DNA of 64,000 bases from Tubiluchus corallicola (GCA_030141605.1 JAQGDQ010000569.1:74871-138870), one strand, 5' to 3'; shown: positions 1 to 12,147, counted from the stretch's first letter. Numbers and translations are program-made. Notes: generated by a model from the letters alone, not told the origin.

Positions 1-219
1 GCTAAATTGTGCTAATTGGGCATGCGCCGTTTCATACGTTTTAATGATAAAGAACATATGTGGCTGAAGTGCTGAATTGTTCGAATCTATAACTTTAGGC
101 TCGAATCGAATTCGAATTAAAAAAAGATGTTCGAATCGAATTCGAACCTTCAATGCTCACCCTTGAAGTGAATGTGCTATAGTTAACCATGCGCATTATA
201 GTTGGTATCATGTAATCTA

Positions 220-1521
220 CAGAGAGTCGTCGACTTACGACCCCGACCACAACTTAATTAATTATACAAAACCTTATTGTTCTTCTTTTTAGTCAAAATT
301 GTTTTAAATTCCTATCTGTGGCTCCCTCTAGGGCTGAGACGGTTAGGCTCTCCAACTAAGATGAATTTCATCCAGGTAATAAATATTCTGAAATGCTCCC
401 CTTTCGTTCGATTAACGCTAAAACCACAAGAACTTCTATCCCATTTCAATGCGCACCATTATCGGTAAATTTCCTCAAATCTTCACTATTAATTCTGTAC
501 GTCACTGTACAAAATTGATTAAATTATTTGTATTAATCTCCTTGTTGTTATTGCAGTACGTAAAATCACGTAAATTTCATTGTATGTATTTTGCTATAAT
601 GACAATAAATTGCTTACTTAATTGAGGTCACTTAAGTGTTTAACCGTTGCCATTTACGTCTTACGTGTAACAAAACATCGAATACACGTGACGAACTAAT
701 AGGAAGAAATTATCTATCTCTAATCCCATTATATAATCATATGTATTCTTTTGAATGTTTGAACAAGTTTTTGTACAACCAAGTTCAATTTATAAACACC
801 TGTGACGCAATTACCCCCTCCCGGTCATGCCATGTTTACTGACGCATCGTGGAATCACCACATGCGCAAAATTCCTATTGCAGATCAAATTTAGAGCTAG
901 AATGTCCAACATGGCGGCATCCTCGTAGCGTACGCGACAGAAAAACTTCTTGCAATTTACCGTTTAGATGCTTCATGGACAAGTAGATTAGTTGAAACAA
1001 TGTTGTTAATGGTACAATTTTGTGTAAGCGGGACATTGTTGCCTGCGTACTCCAACTCGGAAAAGATACTGGTTTCATTAATGCGGATACGTATAAAACT
1101 TGACTAACTAACGGTTAAACGGTTAAGGGATTTTCTAATTGGTTACACCACGGTCGGTTAAACTATTAAACAGTTAACTGCCTCAGCCTTACCTTATGTC
1201 AGGTAAAGTTTAAGGGAGTAGAATATTACGTTACAGAATCTATAGAGTGGCGATGTATCTCATTCTGAGTGTCCGCCATACTTGATGCGCGTGCGCATAC
1301 GACATCGTATGCGTAGTGATGCATCATTTGTCCGTACGGGTGGGTCCGACTTGTGTCCAAGTCGTCTTACAAGTTGGTGCATACTTGATGTGCGTACGCA
1401 TACAACATCATATGCGTAATGGACGCCTCATTTGTCCATACGGGTGGGTCCGACTTATGTCCAAGCCGTCTTACAAGCAATTCACCCTAGCTAACCGCGG
1501 TCGTAAGTCGACGGCTGACTG
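220..1521. mobile_element. Tc1/mariner-pogo-type non-autonomous element with internal insertions
   Basis: TIRs CAGAGAGTCGTCGACTTACGACC / GGTCGTAAGTCGACGGCTGACTG, TA on both sides. Confidence 0.65.
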
Positions 1522-1646
1522 TATTGTGACGAACGATCATTGGTATTCTGTACCCGTTGCAGTTGTGAAGCCATTTGTAATCATTCATGTTAAGAGTTCG
1601 CAGCTTCTTACAAAGCTGGAATGTTACAATTCTGATTCGCCTGTAT

Positions 1647-1818
1647 CGTGGCATTTATGCGGCATGTGGATGCGGATGCGTTTTCCACCTGCGGAAAAAG
1701 AATGACGCATACGCAGGCTGCAAAAGCGCGCACATCGAAAACAATTGTAAACCGACTTCATCTATTCCGCAACATCCCCGAAACCCGTCTGCATCCGAAT
1801 GCTACGTAAACGCCGCTT
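1647..1818. mobile_element. Short MITE (Harbinger-like)
   Basis: Imperfect TIR GTGGCATTTATGCGGCATGTGGATGC / GCATCCGAATGCTACGTAAACGCCGC; related end at ~53054. Confidence 0.45.
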
Positions 1819-2204
1819 AACTTGACGTTATTTTAATCTTCTTAAAAAAATTTGTACAGAAAAGAGTGCGACTTTTTTGAAGTCATTTCTCCACGGTTTC
1901 CTTGCATGAATAAAAAAAATGTTGTTCAGTTTACGCTCGACTGCTTAGGTTGCCACATTCGCCGTGAGATCTGTAACAAAAATTGAGGTATTGCGTTCGA
2001 GATCGTTATTTGCAAAATTTTCTTGTTTTTTTTATGAAATCGTGTGTGCCGCCAGGCGTGGTGAAAACTTGTGTTTGTAAATAAATCATTCTGAGGTGAT
2101 ACTGATTCAAAAACTTATTTGCTTGTGTTTTTGCAATGTGTGATTGATAAGAAATCTATGCAAGCTGAGACTTGGTAATGCAAGTGTTGAACTGTGATTG
2201 GCAT

Positions 2205-4356
2205 GCATTAACATGACAAAGTAAACCTGATTTATTGCCAACAATGGTTATTCATGATGCTAAAAATTCAATAGCTATACAATGCATTTGTATGCTAAGC
2301 GTAAGAGCTAATTTCAAGCATTAACATGACAAAGTAAACGTGATTTATTGCCAACAACAGTTATTCATGATGCCAGGAATTCAATAGTTATACAATGCAT
2401 TTGTATGCGAAGTGTAAGAGCTAATTTCAAGCATTAACATGACAAAGTAAACGTGATTTATTGCTAACAACAGTTATTCATAATGCAAAAAATTAAATAG
2501 TTGTACAATGCATTTGTATGCGAAGAGTAAGAGCTAATTTCAAGCATTAACATGACAAAGTAAACATGATTTATTGCCAACAACAGTTATTCATAATGCC
2601 AGGAATTCAATAGTTATACAATGCATTTGTATGCCAAGAACAAGAGCTAATTTCAAGCATTAACATGACAAAGTAAACATGATTTATTGCCAACAGCAGT
2701 TATTCATAATGCAAAAAATTAAATAGTTGTACAATGCATTTGTATGCGAAGAGTAAGAGCTAATTTCAAGCATTAACATGACAAAGTAAACATGATTTAT
2801 TGCCAACAACAGTTATTCATAATGCCAGGAATTCAATAGTTATACAATGCATTTGTATGCCAAGAACAAGAGCTAATTTCAAGCATTAACAGGACAAAGT
2901 AAACGTGATTTATTGCCAACAGCAGTTATTCATAATGCAAAAAATTAAATAGTTATACAATGCGTTTGTATGCGAAGAGTAAGAGCTAATTTCAAGCATT
3001 AACATGACAAAGTAAACGTGATTTATTGCCAACAACAGTTATTCATAATGCAAAAAATTAAATAGTTGTACAATGCATTTGTATGCGAAGAGTAAGAGCT
3101 AATTTCAAGGATTAACATGACAAAGTAAACATGATTTATTGCCAACAACAGTTATTCATGATGCCAGGAATTCAATAGTTATACAATGCATTTGTATGCG
3201 AAGAGTAAGAGCTAATTTCAAGGATTAACATGACAAAGTAAACATGATTTATTGCCAACAACAGTTATTCATGATGCCAGGAATTCAATAGTTATACAAA
3301 GTGTTTGTATGCGAAGAGTAAGAGCTAATTTCAAGCATTAACAGGACAAAGTAAACGTGATTTATTGCCAACAGCAGTTATTCATAATGCAAAAAATTAA
3401 ATAGTTATACAATGCGTTTGTATGCGAAGAGTAAGAGCTAATTTCAAGCATTAACATGACAAAGTAAACGTGATTTATTGCCAACAACAGTTATTCATAA
3501 TGCCAGGAATTCAATAGTTATACAATGCATTTGTATGCGAAGAGTAAGAGCTAATTTCAAGCATTAACATGACAAAGTAAACGTGATTTATTGCCAACAA
3601 CAGTTATTCATGATGCCAGGAATTCAATAGTTGTACAATGCATTTGTATGCGAAGAGTAAGAGCTAATTTCAAGCATTAACATGACAAAGTAAACATGAT
3701 TTATTGCCAACAACAGTTATTCATAATGCCAGGAATTCAATAGTTATACAATGCATTTGTATGCCAAGAACAAGAGCTAATTTCAAGCATTAACATGACA
3801 AAGTAAACGTGATTTATTGCCAACAACAGTTATTCATAATACAAAAAATTAAATAGTTGTACAATGCATTTGTATGCGAAGAGTAAGAGCTAATTTCAAG
3901 CATTAACATGACAAAGTAAACGTGATTTATTGCCAACAACAGTTATTCATGATGCCAGGAATTCAATAGTTGTACAATGCATTTGTATGCGAAGAGTAAC
4001 AGCTAATTTCAAGCATTAACATGACAAAGTAAACGTGATTTATTGCCAACAACAGTTATTCATGATGCCAGGAATTCAATAGTTGTACAATGCATTTGTA
4101 TGCGAAGAGTAACAGCTAATTTCAAGCATTAACATGACAAAGTAAACATGATTTATTGCCAACCGCAGTTATTCATGATGCCAGGAATTCAATAGTTATA
4201 CAAAGTGTTTGTATGCCAAGAACAAGAGCTAATTTCAAGCATTAACATGACAAAGTAAACGTGATTTATTGCCAACAGCAGTTATTCATGATGCCAGGAA
4301 TTCAATAGTTATACAATGCATTTGTATGACCAGAACAAGAACTAATTTCAAGCATT
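2205..4356. repeat. 113-bp satellite, ~19 copies
   Basis: GCATTAACATGACAAAGTAAAC recurs at 2318, 2431, 2544... Confidence 0.95.
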
Positions 4357-4456
4357 ATTTTTTCCATTTGCTCACCCAGTGCACGTCCCACACAAACTCA
4401 ATTTTTCAAGATAAAGTAGAAGCACATCTGCTGACGTAAGATTTGAGAACTGTGAT

Positions 4457-4970
4457 TAAAGGACAAGAAAAGGGGTATCTGATGTAAGTTTCAGAATAAT
4501 TGCTATAAAAAATGTATTACTTTGCAGCAGTTTTATGCATATATACTCGTGTTAAAAGAAATTTTTATTTGTTTTCATTTTAAATCTCCCGCAATACTGT
4601 CCCGACTGCGCCATTACATGACGTCATATATGCACCATGTAAATCAGGGGAAGAAAAGGAAAAGGAAGTGGTAAATTGTATGCCAAAGAACTTTCCATGC
4701 AAATCTATGTTACATAGCATTTTGCTTACCTGCTGGAAAGACTTATGCAACTAGAAATAATGAAGTTAAAATGTTTGTGCCAATTGGTAAAATGTCCTTG
4801 ACTCGCATCTAGCATGCGCCGCTCACAAACCAAAAACGTATTTTTAATTTTATTGACTAGATACAGTAATTTTTAATTTTACTTAGTAACATGTGTTCTA
4901 CGAATGCTCTGATTGTTTTTTCAAACTTCACGCAATGTTATCTAAACTTGTTTCAAGCGACCTACCATTA
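4457..4970. mobile_element. Dispersed repeat (Kolobok-like end TTAA-AGG); inverted copy at ~35736-36252
   Basis: ~500-bp reverse-complement similarity starting TTAAAGGACAAGAAAAG. Confidence 0.6.
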
Positions 4971-5000
4971 AAATGGCTGTGCCTAATGGTCATCGCAGGA

Positions 5001-5740
5001 ATACACATCGTTACTGTGACGCTGAATTTGTAAACAATGTCTCAGGCTAAACAAATGTGCTAGCAACGGTTTCCTTGGACACGCATCGTTATTGTGACGC
5101 TGAATTTGTAAACAATGTCTCAGGTTAAACAAATGTGCTGGCAACGGCTTCCTTGGATACACATCGTTATTGTGACGTTGAATTTGTAAACGATGTCTCG
5201 GGCTACACAAGTGTGCTAGCAACAGTTTCCTTGGTTACGCATCGTTACTGCGACGCTGAATTTGTAAACAATGTCTCAGGCTACACAAGTGTGCTAGCAA
5301 CAGTTTCCTTGGTTACGCATTGTTACTGTGACCCTGAATTTGTAAACAATGTCTCAGGTTAAACAAATGTGCTGGCAACGGTTTCCTTGGATACGCATTG
5401 TTACTGTGACCCTGAATTTGTAAACAATGTCTCAGGCTAAACAAATGTGGTGGCAACGGTTTCCTTGGATACGCATCGTTACTGTGACGCTGAATTTGTA
5501 AACAATGTCTCAGGCTAAACAAATGTGCTGGCAACGGTTTCCTTGGATACGCATCGTTACTGTGACGCTGAATTTGTAAACAATGTCTCAGGTTAAGCAA
5601 ATGTGCTGGCAACAGTTTCCTTGGATACGCATCGTTACTGTGACGCTGAATTTGTAAACAATGTCTCAGGTTAAACAAATGTTCTAGCAACAGTTTCCTT
5701 GGATACGTATCGTTACGGTGACGCTGAATTTGTAAAGAAT
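5001..5740. repeat. 78-bp tandem repeat, ~9.5 copies
   Basis: CATCGTTACTGTGACGCTGAATTTGTAAAC recurs at 5006, 5084... Confidence 0.95.
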
Positions 5741-6927
5741 GCTACACAGCGAAATGTGATACGTGACAAGAAAACCTTGCAAAAACGCACCTGTCAGACT
5801 AAGATACAGCTTTGATAGCTAAGATAAATAAAGATGTTCAACAATTTGAAACAAATCTATCTTTAGGAGTAGAAGAACTTAAAGCTGTTAGCTGCAGACA
5901 GGAGTGGGTGGAATACTCTAAGGTTGATACTCTAAAGTTGATGCCTCTGTGTCTACAAGAAACAGAATGACACGTTGAAGAAGAAGAAGAACCCTAACGC
6001 TTGCGTAACTAAGGCGTGTATTTCACTAGCGTCATCTAACGAGCAAACCATGTGAAATGAAAGTCTAGACTTTTAAAATGATGCGTTCACATCCCATTTC
6101 CGCTTATATAGACCCCATGCATAAATTAAAAGCATCAGAAAAGTTTATAGAGCATTTTTCTGTTTTTGTGTAAAATTGTAGCATCACAAAGTATACTGTA
6201 TTTGATCCTTTTTTTTTAAAAACACTTCGTTCCAGTAAGCTGAGTTGGACTTTGACAAACTTTTGTGAAATCGAAACTGAAATTTGGAGCCCCGCCAAAA
6301 CCAAACCATCTGACCTTGATGTGCTTAAGCTGGTTTGATAAAGGTTGCACTTTGTATGCAAATAACTGCCTTTGTACTTTTGTGTAGACTTTTCCCTAGT
6401 AACGAATTTACTAAGCAACATACAACAGCGATAATTCTCTTGTTTATCTTTCAACCCCACAGTGTTTTGAGAGTCAAGTTAGTATATTTGTAATGATGCT
6501 GTACATAACGTTGTTTAAACACCAGTATTAAAGGAAGTAGCGATATCACTATCTTTGTTTACCATAGGTTGACCTACGTCTAAAGACAGTTTAAATCATT
6601 TTTTCCCAAATTTGCTTCCTATTATGTATCTTACTGTTTGTTATTCATTGAATTACTTTTTGTTTCTTTTAATGTATTAATTGTGTATTTGTGTTGATGT
6701 GAAATAAATAAACAAAATGTGTAAACAAAAAGTAACTATCAGCATTTCTTTAAGCGAAATCAAAAGTGCTTCTTGCCAGTTATTTGTGCGTGTATGAAAT
6801 AACATGCATCTTGAATACAAATTGCATGGGTAAACAACATACTTGGAATGTTAATTCAGAACTATTCTAAGCATTATGCATGTACAATAATATCATTGGA
6901 CATAATCAGCAACAAATCTCGTACAAT

Positions 6928-7241
6928 TAGGGGTGAACATCGAACGTTCGAATTCGATTCGAACCTAAAACGATGGATTCGAATAATTCAGCGCTTCAAA
7001 CACATACATTCTTTATCATTAAAGCGATTGAAACATCATGCAGTTAGCACAATTTGGATTTTTATGCATATTTTTAAATATTTTATTAGTGGTTTTACTG
7101 CAGAACAAAATCGTGTAATATACATGATCTTTGTAACACTAATTTTTACTGGTGGCTCGAAAATCTTTCAATCTCGATTCGAATTCAAAACCACAAATTC
7201 GATTCGAATTCGCTTTCTGATAGAGAGAATGCTCTCCCCCA
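6928..7241. mobile_element. TTCGAA-rich hAT-type MITE (relatives at 1-163, 14680-15020, 21755-22113, 44524-44860, 47701-48131, 60477-61523)
   Basis: TIR TAGGGGTGA(A/G)CAT / ATGCTC.CCCC; shared internal sequence. Confidence 0.75.
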
Positions 7242-7679
7242 TTCACAACACCAACATACAGACACTTTAATATTATTAAGATTATCACAGTTTTATCAAT
7301 AGTTTTGCTAACCATATCTTGGCAAATGTGCTTTATATATAATTATGATTATTAGAAAAATACTCAAAAATATTAAAACTTGTTACAAAATTTAAAAAAA
7401 TGTGTAGTTATTCTCAGTTACTTAACAATTAAACAGTAATCATGCATATCATTAACAGTCACTCTTAGTCTAATTTACAATACTAGACACTTTATACAGC
7501 ATTGGCAGCTGTTGTAATATCATTTCAGCTTTTGCAATTATCACATGAATAAACATTGTTTATCATGTTATTAAAGAATTTTAATTAGTATCTTACAAGC
7601 AGTCACTTACGTACTTTTGGCAGACACAGATTAAGTAAAAGAGAATAAGTAACCACTAACAATTATCACAAGTCTTTTC

Positions 7680-7972
7680 ACAGTTTCATCGTGCGCATGC
7701 ACAGTTGCTGTAGGTCAAAGGTTAAGTGGACCAGGGCAATGCTTCTTAACTACAACCGTCACGTGAGGTGAGTAAAGCAAAGCCGAGTGCTACATCCATT
7801 CAGGAACTTCAGCTGCTTCACTTGGTCTTTAGTTAATTAAGCATTACTAGCAGGATCTTGCCTGGGAACACGAAAAAATGAACCAGGCAAAGTTCTAGCT
7901 ACCTGTTAAGACTGTTACTATTACAACAGCATGGGCTGTGAGGCGTTGCCAAGTGTACACAAATGCGTTTTT
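7680..7972. repeat. ~300-bp dispersed repeat downstream of ANK-cGLR; inverted copies at ~40935-41235 and ~55279-55490
   Basis: Shared core GTTGTAATAGTAACAGTTTTAAC..CTAGAAC..CTAGTAAA. Confidence 0.7.
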
Positions 7973-8114
7973 TGATACACTTGACCTTTGACCTTTCATG
8001 ATCATCTTCAATTGTTGAAACTGTGAAAGGGTTTATTACACCAACATTTCTTGCAGAACCTTCGAGTCTGTTCCAAGTCACCTCTATAATTCGGAAGCAT
8101 CCAGTGTTTTTTCA

Positions 8115-11100
8115 TTAACTGTTTTCAAACCTGTCTTCAAGTTCATTCCATGCTTTTTCGAACTCGCACATACCAAGTGCTTTCTGGAGTCCGGTCAGCT
8201 TTTGGCTTTGCCCTTTTTGCTGCCTGGTTTGTCTGATTTGCATGTACAAATCTTGCACTTGCTCCTTAGTAAGATTAACCACACCGTCTGCAGTTGGCAC
8301 AGTGTTATTCTTTACACGGGCACATATTCCACTTGCAATCAAATGTGTGACGTGCAGTAAGGGTGCATCCTCTATCCTTTTTCCAATGTATTCCTCCAAA
8401 ATATTCACGTCACCTAGCACAAAGTGTGGCATTGACTTGTTTTGACAACATTTTGCAATATATTCTAATATACCACATACGCGTTGATCAATGTCGTCAT
8501 CGCTCCACATTCCGTCTTCTTGAAATTCGCTCACTTCATGTAGAAACGCCGTCTTAATCATATAAGAATTCACAACTTTGTTTGGCCTAAATTTGATAAC
8601 GTGAAATAAACTTTTGATGTCGTTCTCAGTATCTGGATCTGTTGTGCTGACTTTTTTGTAAAGTGCCTCATTCATTAGTGCCTTAGTCAAACGGAGAGCT
8701 CGTTTTCTCGACTCCGGCAAACCTTGTACTATTTCACTTTCCATCAAACCAGTTGATAAAGTCCATAAGTGATCATTACAGATGTAACTCAGAGGTTTGC
8801 ATACAGCATGATATGTTACTTGTGAACAATCGCATACCTGCATAGGCAGTCCCATTATGTCTGTTTGTGATTTGCATATTTCCACTGCTGGAGAAATGTC
8901 GATGGCAATGGGAAGCGCTTCGTAGAAGTACCCCTTCGTATAAGTCAAATGGAAAGTGAGACACACCTTATTATATTCGATTTTCACCAGGGAAAATGGC
9001 AAGTCAGTCTCAGTGTCTTCAAGCAGAAATTCCACAGCTCGACATGCGACTTGTTGGAACTTGTCCTTTAATGAAATCGGCAAATATGCAGCGTTTCTGG
9101 AGGTTCTTACAAGACCCGGCAAATGAGTTCTTTCCACGGTCACTGTATCGCTGAACCGTTTCAAGACCGTGAAAAAGTCATATTCGTCCGGCAAGCCCAC
9201 TTTCGTGTCACACGGACTACTTCCCACGAGAACTGGATATGACTCAAAATCCCCTTTCAGTTCTCCAATTTTTTGGCAGATGCTTTTCACTAGAGATCTC
9301 ACCTCCCATGTAACAATTTCGTTCTCTCGGGTTTCGGGCAGGTTGCCTATGCTCACAATTTCTAATATGTCTGCGGTGTTTCTGCAGGCGGCAATGCCCG
9401 TCCTCATGGCTGAACTAAATTGCTTATATTCACGAGTTTCACCTGTTTTAGTCACGGTGTACTTGGGACTGAACAGAAAACCGACCGTCTCTTTGTATTC
9501 ATCGTTAATAGTCCTTTCATTTACTAACCTGACGTACAAATCTATGGCAGTGTCACCCTTGTTGTTTTTTATTTCCAAATTGAGGCCATGATTCATTAGA
9601 CTTTGCACCACACCACTCCTGAGCCCAGTATTCACTTGTGCTGCTACATGCAGAGCTGTATTACCTTCATTGTTACATATGTTTGAATCAGCACCATTGC
9701 TTAGTAAAACGTTGACAAATTCAATATTTTTGTTCTTTATAGCATAGTGCAATGCTGTTTCACCAAGATTATCTCTTTGGTTGATACTGAAGGTACTGCC
9801 TCGTGTATCTGGAAGGTCGTTTAAGCCTTTCAGGTGCTGTAAAAACATCTCTGCTGTGCTTCTGTGATTTTTTCGAACAGCAGTCATGAATGCAGTTTCC
9901 CCGTCTCTGTCAGCAGCATTGTAATCGGCACCATTATCAAGTAGCAGCTGAACAATCTTTTCATTACTATTAGCAGCTGCAGCTATAAGAGCAGTTACGT
10001 GAAACTTATCATGGGCATTGCAGTCAGCATTCTTTGATAGCAACAGTTCAACAATTTCTATGTAATTGTTTTTAGACGCAACCATGAGAGGCGTCTGCCC
10101 ATTCTCATTGCCATGGTTACAGTTGTGGTAGTTTGTGTCGACATTTGAAAACAGTATCTGCATTGCTCCCAGATAACCCTCAGCGGCTGCATAGAAAACT
10201 GCGGCATTCCAGTCAGCATCTTTGGAAAGTAGTATGTCGATTATCGCCTGGTATCCATTGTGAGCTGCAGCTAACAGTGCAGTCCAACCATCGTTACTGC
10301 GAATATTGCAGTCAGCATCATATTTGAGTAATTCTTTTAGTATTCCTACATTACCATTTCTCGCTGCAAACATGAGTGCTGTCCAGCCGTGACAGGTTAC
10401 AGCATTAGAATCAGCTCCACTGGAAAGTAAGATTTCCACTGTTCCCTGGTGACTATTTTTAGCTGCAAACGTAAGAGCAGTATCTCCGTCTGCTTCGCAA
10501 ATATCATGCCGGGCGCCAGAAGATAGCAGCTTCTTAAGTGTTTTCTCATTTCCATTTTCCGCTGCATAAATCAGAGCGGTAGCGCCATTTTTGTTGATTG
10601 CGTTGATTTGAGCGCCATTAGATAACAGCATCTGTGTTACTTCCTGATGCGAATTCTTGATTGCAAACATGAGCGCTGTCCATCCATCAGTACAAGCAGC
10701 ATTAATGTCAGCTCCTGCAGATATCAGTTTCTGTACAACTTCTGAATGTCCATTTTTAGACGCATACATGAGGGAGGTTCTGCCATTCTTTTTCTGAGCA
10801 TTGCAGCTAGCGCCATTAGCGAGCAGTAAACGAACTACTTCTACGTGTCCCTTGGTTGCAGCGTACATGAGAACAACCTTTCCATCTTTATTTGCAGCAC
10901 CGCAATTTGCGCCGCTTGTGAGTAATGACTGCACTACTTGCGCATGTCCACTGCCAGCCGCATACATTAGTGCTGTTTCCTTATTGTTATCCATGGCAGT
11001 GTAATCAGCACCACTAGAGAGCAGAATCTGTACAATTCTGCCATGTCCTCCTTTTGCCGCAAACATTAGAACAGATTTTCCATCTTTATTAGTTGTGTTG

Positions 11101-11294
11101 CAGTCGGCGCCCTCTCTTAGTAGCAACTCCACGACACCAATATGACCCGTGCCAGCTGCATCCATAAGAGCACTCTGTCCTTCTGTGTTGCGGGCATCGC
11201 AATCCGCCCCTTTACTCAATCGCAATCTCTTTACTGTGCCAATGTGCCCTGTCCTTGCTGCGTACATAAGATCTGTATCGTTAGACGAAGCCAT
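8115..11294 (-). CDS. Ankyrin-repeat + cGAS/Mab-21-like nucleotidyltransferase (ANK-cGLR), copy 1, 1059 aa, uninterrupted ORF
   Basis: ~17 ankyrin repeats (G.TALM.AA..GH..+V.+LL..GAD.N) over the first ~590 aa. Then VLVGSSPCDTKVGLPDEYDF (cf. cGAS GSYYEHVKISAPNEFDV), third acidic residue in IDISPAV, VCKP, LWTLSTGLME, and Mab-21 C-terminal motifs SYMIKTAFLHE and MPHFVLGDVNIL. Confidence 0.9.
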   Translation of the reverse strand: MASSNDTDLMYAARTGHIGTVKRLRLSKGADCDARNTEGQSALMDAAGTGHIGVVELLLREGADCNTTNKDGKSVLMFAAKGGHGRIVQILLSSGADYTAMDNNKETALMYAAGSGHAQVVQSLLTSGANCGAANKDGKVVLMYAATKGHVEVVRLLLANGASCNAQKKNGRTSLMYASKNGHSEVVQKLISAGADINAACTDGWTALMFAIKNSHQEVTQMLLSNGAQINAINKNGATALIYAAENGNEKTLKKLLSSGARHDICEADGDTALTFAAKNSHQGTVEILLSSGADSNAVTCHGWTALMFAARNGNVGILKELLKYDADCNIRSNDGWTALLAAAHNGYQAIIDILLSKDADWNAAVFYAAAEGYLGAMQILFSNVDTNYHNCNHGNENGQTPLMVASKNNYIEIVELLLSKNADCNAHDKFHVTALIAAAANSNEKIVQLLLDNGADYNAADRDGETAFMTAVRKNHRSTAEMFLQHLKGLNDLPDTRGSTFSINQRDNLGETALHYAIKNKNIEFVNVLLSNGADSNICNNEGNTALHVAAQVNTGLRSGVVQSLMNHGLNLEIKNNKGDTAIDLYVRLVNERTINDEYKETVGFLFSPKYTVTKTGETREYKQFSSAMRTGIAACRNTADILEIVSIGNLPETRENEIVTWEVRSLVKSICQKIGELKGDFESYPVLVGSSPCDTKVGLPDEYDFFTVLKRFSDTVTVERTHLPGLVRTSRNAAYLPISLKDKFQQVACRAVEFLLEDTETDLPFSLVKIEYNKVCLTFHLTYTKGYFYEALPIAIDISPAVEICKSQTDIMGLPMQVCDCSQVTYHAVCKPLSYICNDHLWTLSTGLMESEIVQGLPESRKRALRLTKALMNEALYKKVSTTDPDTENDIKSLFHVIKFRPNKVVNSYMIKTAFLHEVSEFQEDGMWSDDDIDQRVCGILEYIAKCCQNKSMPHFVLGDVNILEEYIGKRIEDAPLLHVTHLIASGICARVKNNTVPTADGVVNLTKEQVQDLYMQIRQTRQQKGQSQKLTGLQKALGMCEFEKAWNELEDRFENS

Positions 11295-11700
11295 TATAGC
11301 TATTTTACATTAGTAAAGGCTTATGCATCTGGTAGTAGATGTGTCACCAAGATGTAAACTTTTTCTTCTGCAATATATATTGGATTTCTTTATGTCAAGA
11401 ATAAATAATGTAAATCACGTGATTTATTATCCCTAATCAGGGCCCGTAGCCTAATGAACTTATGGGGCCTCCTCATATGGAGTTACCCTCTAACTTGCCT
11501 GCACCCGTCTTGAATATTTTTTGCTCTTGATATATTTTTGCAACATTTACGTAACACGGTAGCTTGAAGTACACATAATTTCAATTTCAATTTAATTAAT
11601 AAACTAGAAATACTACACTCTTTTTTCCAAAAATTATACTTGAAATCTTTAAGCAAGGCCCATCAATAATGCCCCTCCCTCAAACTTGAGGGCCCTAGGC

Positions 11701-12147
11701 TAGGTTTGCCAGATTAAAAAAGTAAGAAAGATGGGACACTTAAATTACATTTATATATTACTATATGTATACAAATTTATACATACCTACACACCCACAC
11801 CAATAATATTATATAAAAGTAGAGACATAAGTTAAAAACATAAAGCAAGTTGCAAACAGGCAACAAACACTTTAGTTTTATGTAAACATCTAGCAAAACT
11901 GGCTTCCTCATTACATTTGGGTTGTTTTCATCAAGAGAATCTGAGAAAAGAAAGTACAATTACTTATGCAAAGTTACAATTAAGAAGCATAAGGCAGTAA
12001 AAATACAGTTTTACAATGTATTACGAAATTTGAAAGTGAACTAAATACGGGACCCTTGTGTGTCCCTGAATGGTCAGTACGGGACAGGAGACAACATTAT
12101 CAAATATGGGACATGTCCCGTATATATGGGATGTTCTGGCAACCCTA
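11701..12147. mobile_element. hAT-type MITE (TAGGGTTGCCAG TIR) upstream of ANK-cGLR; duplicate at 18783-19231
   Basis: TAGG(T/G)TTGCCAGA ... TCTGGCAACCCTA with internal GGGAC motifs. Confidence 0.7.

Noticed and set aside
4983-5690. Repetitive ORFs over the 78-bp array
   Set aside because: Unit length divisible by 3 gives chance ORFs; no domain or splice evidence.
9169-9591. Antisense ORFs over the cGLR genes (also 16811-17152, 8242-8445)
   Set aside because: Shadow ORFs, shared only because of the duplication.
11777-11959. 60-aa ORF or exon conserved upstream of both cGLR copies
   Set aside because: Lies inside a duplicated MITE; conservation is explained by the duplication, though use as a UTR exon is not excluded.
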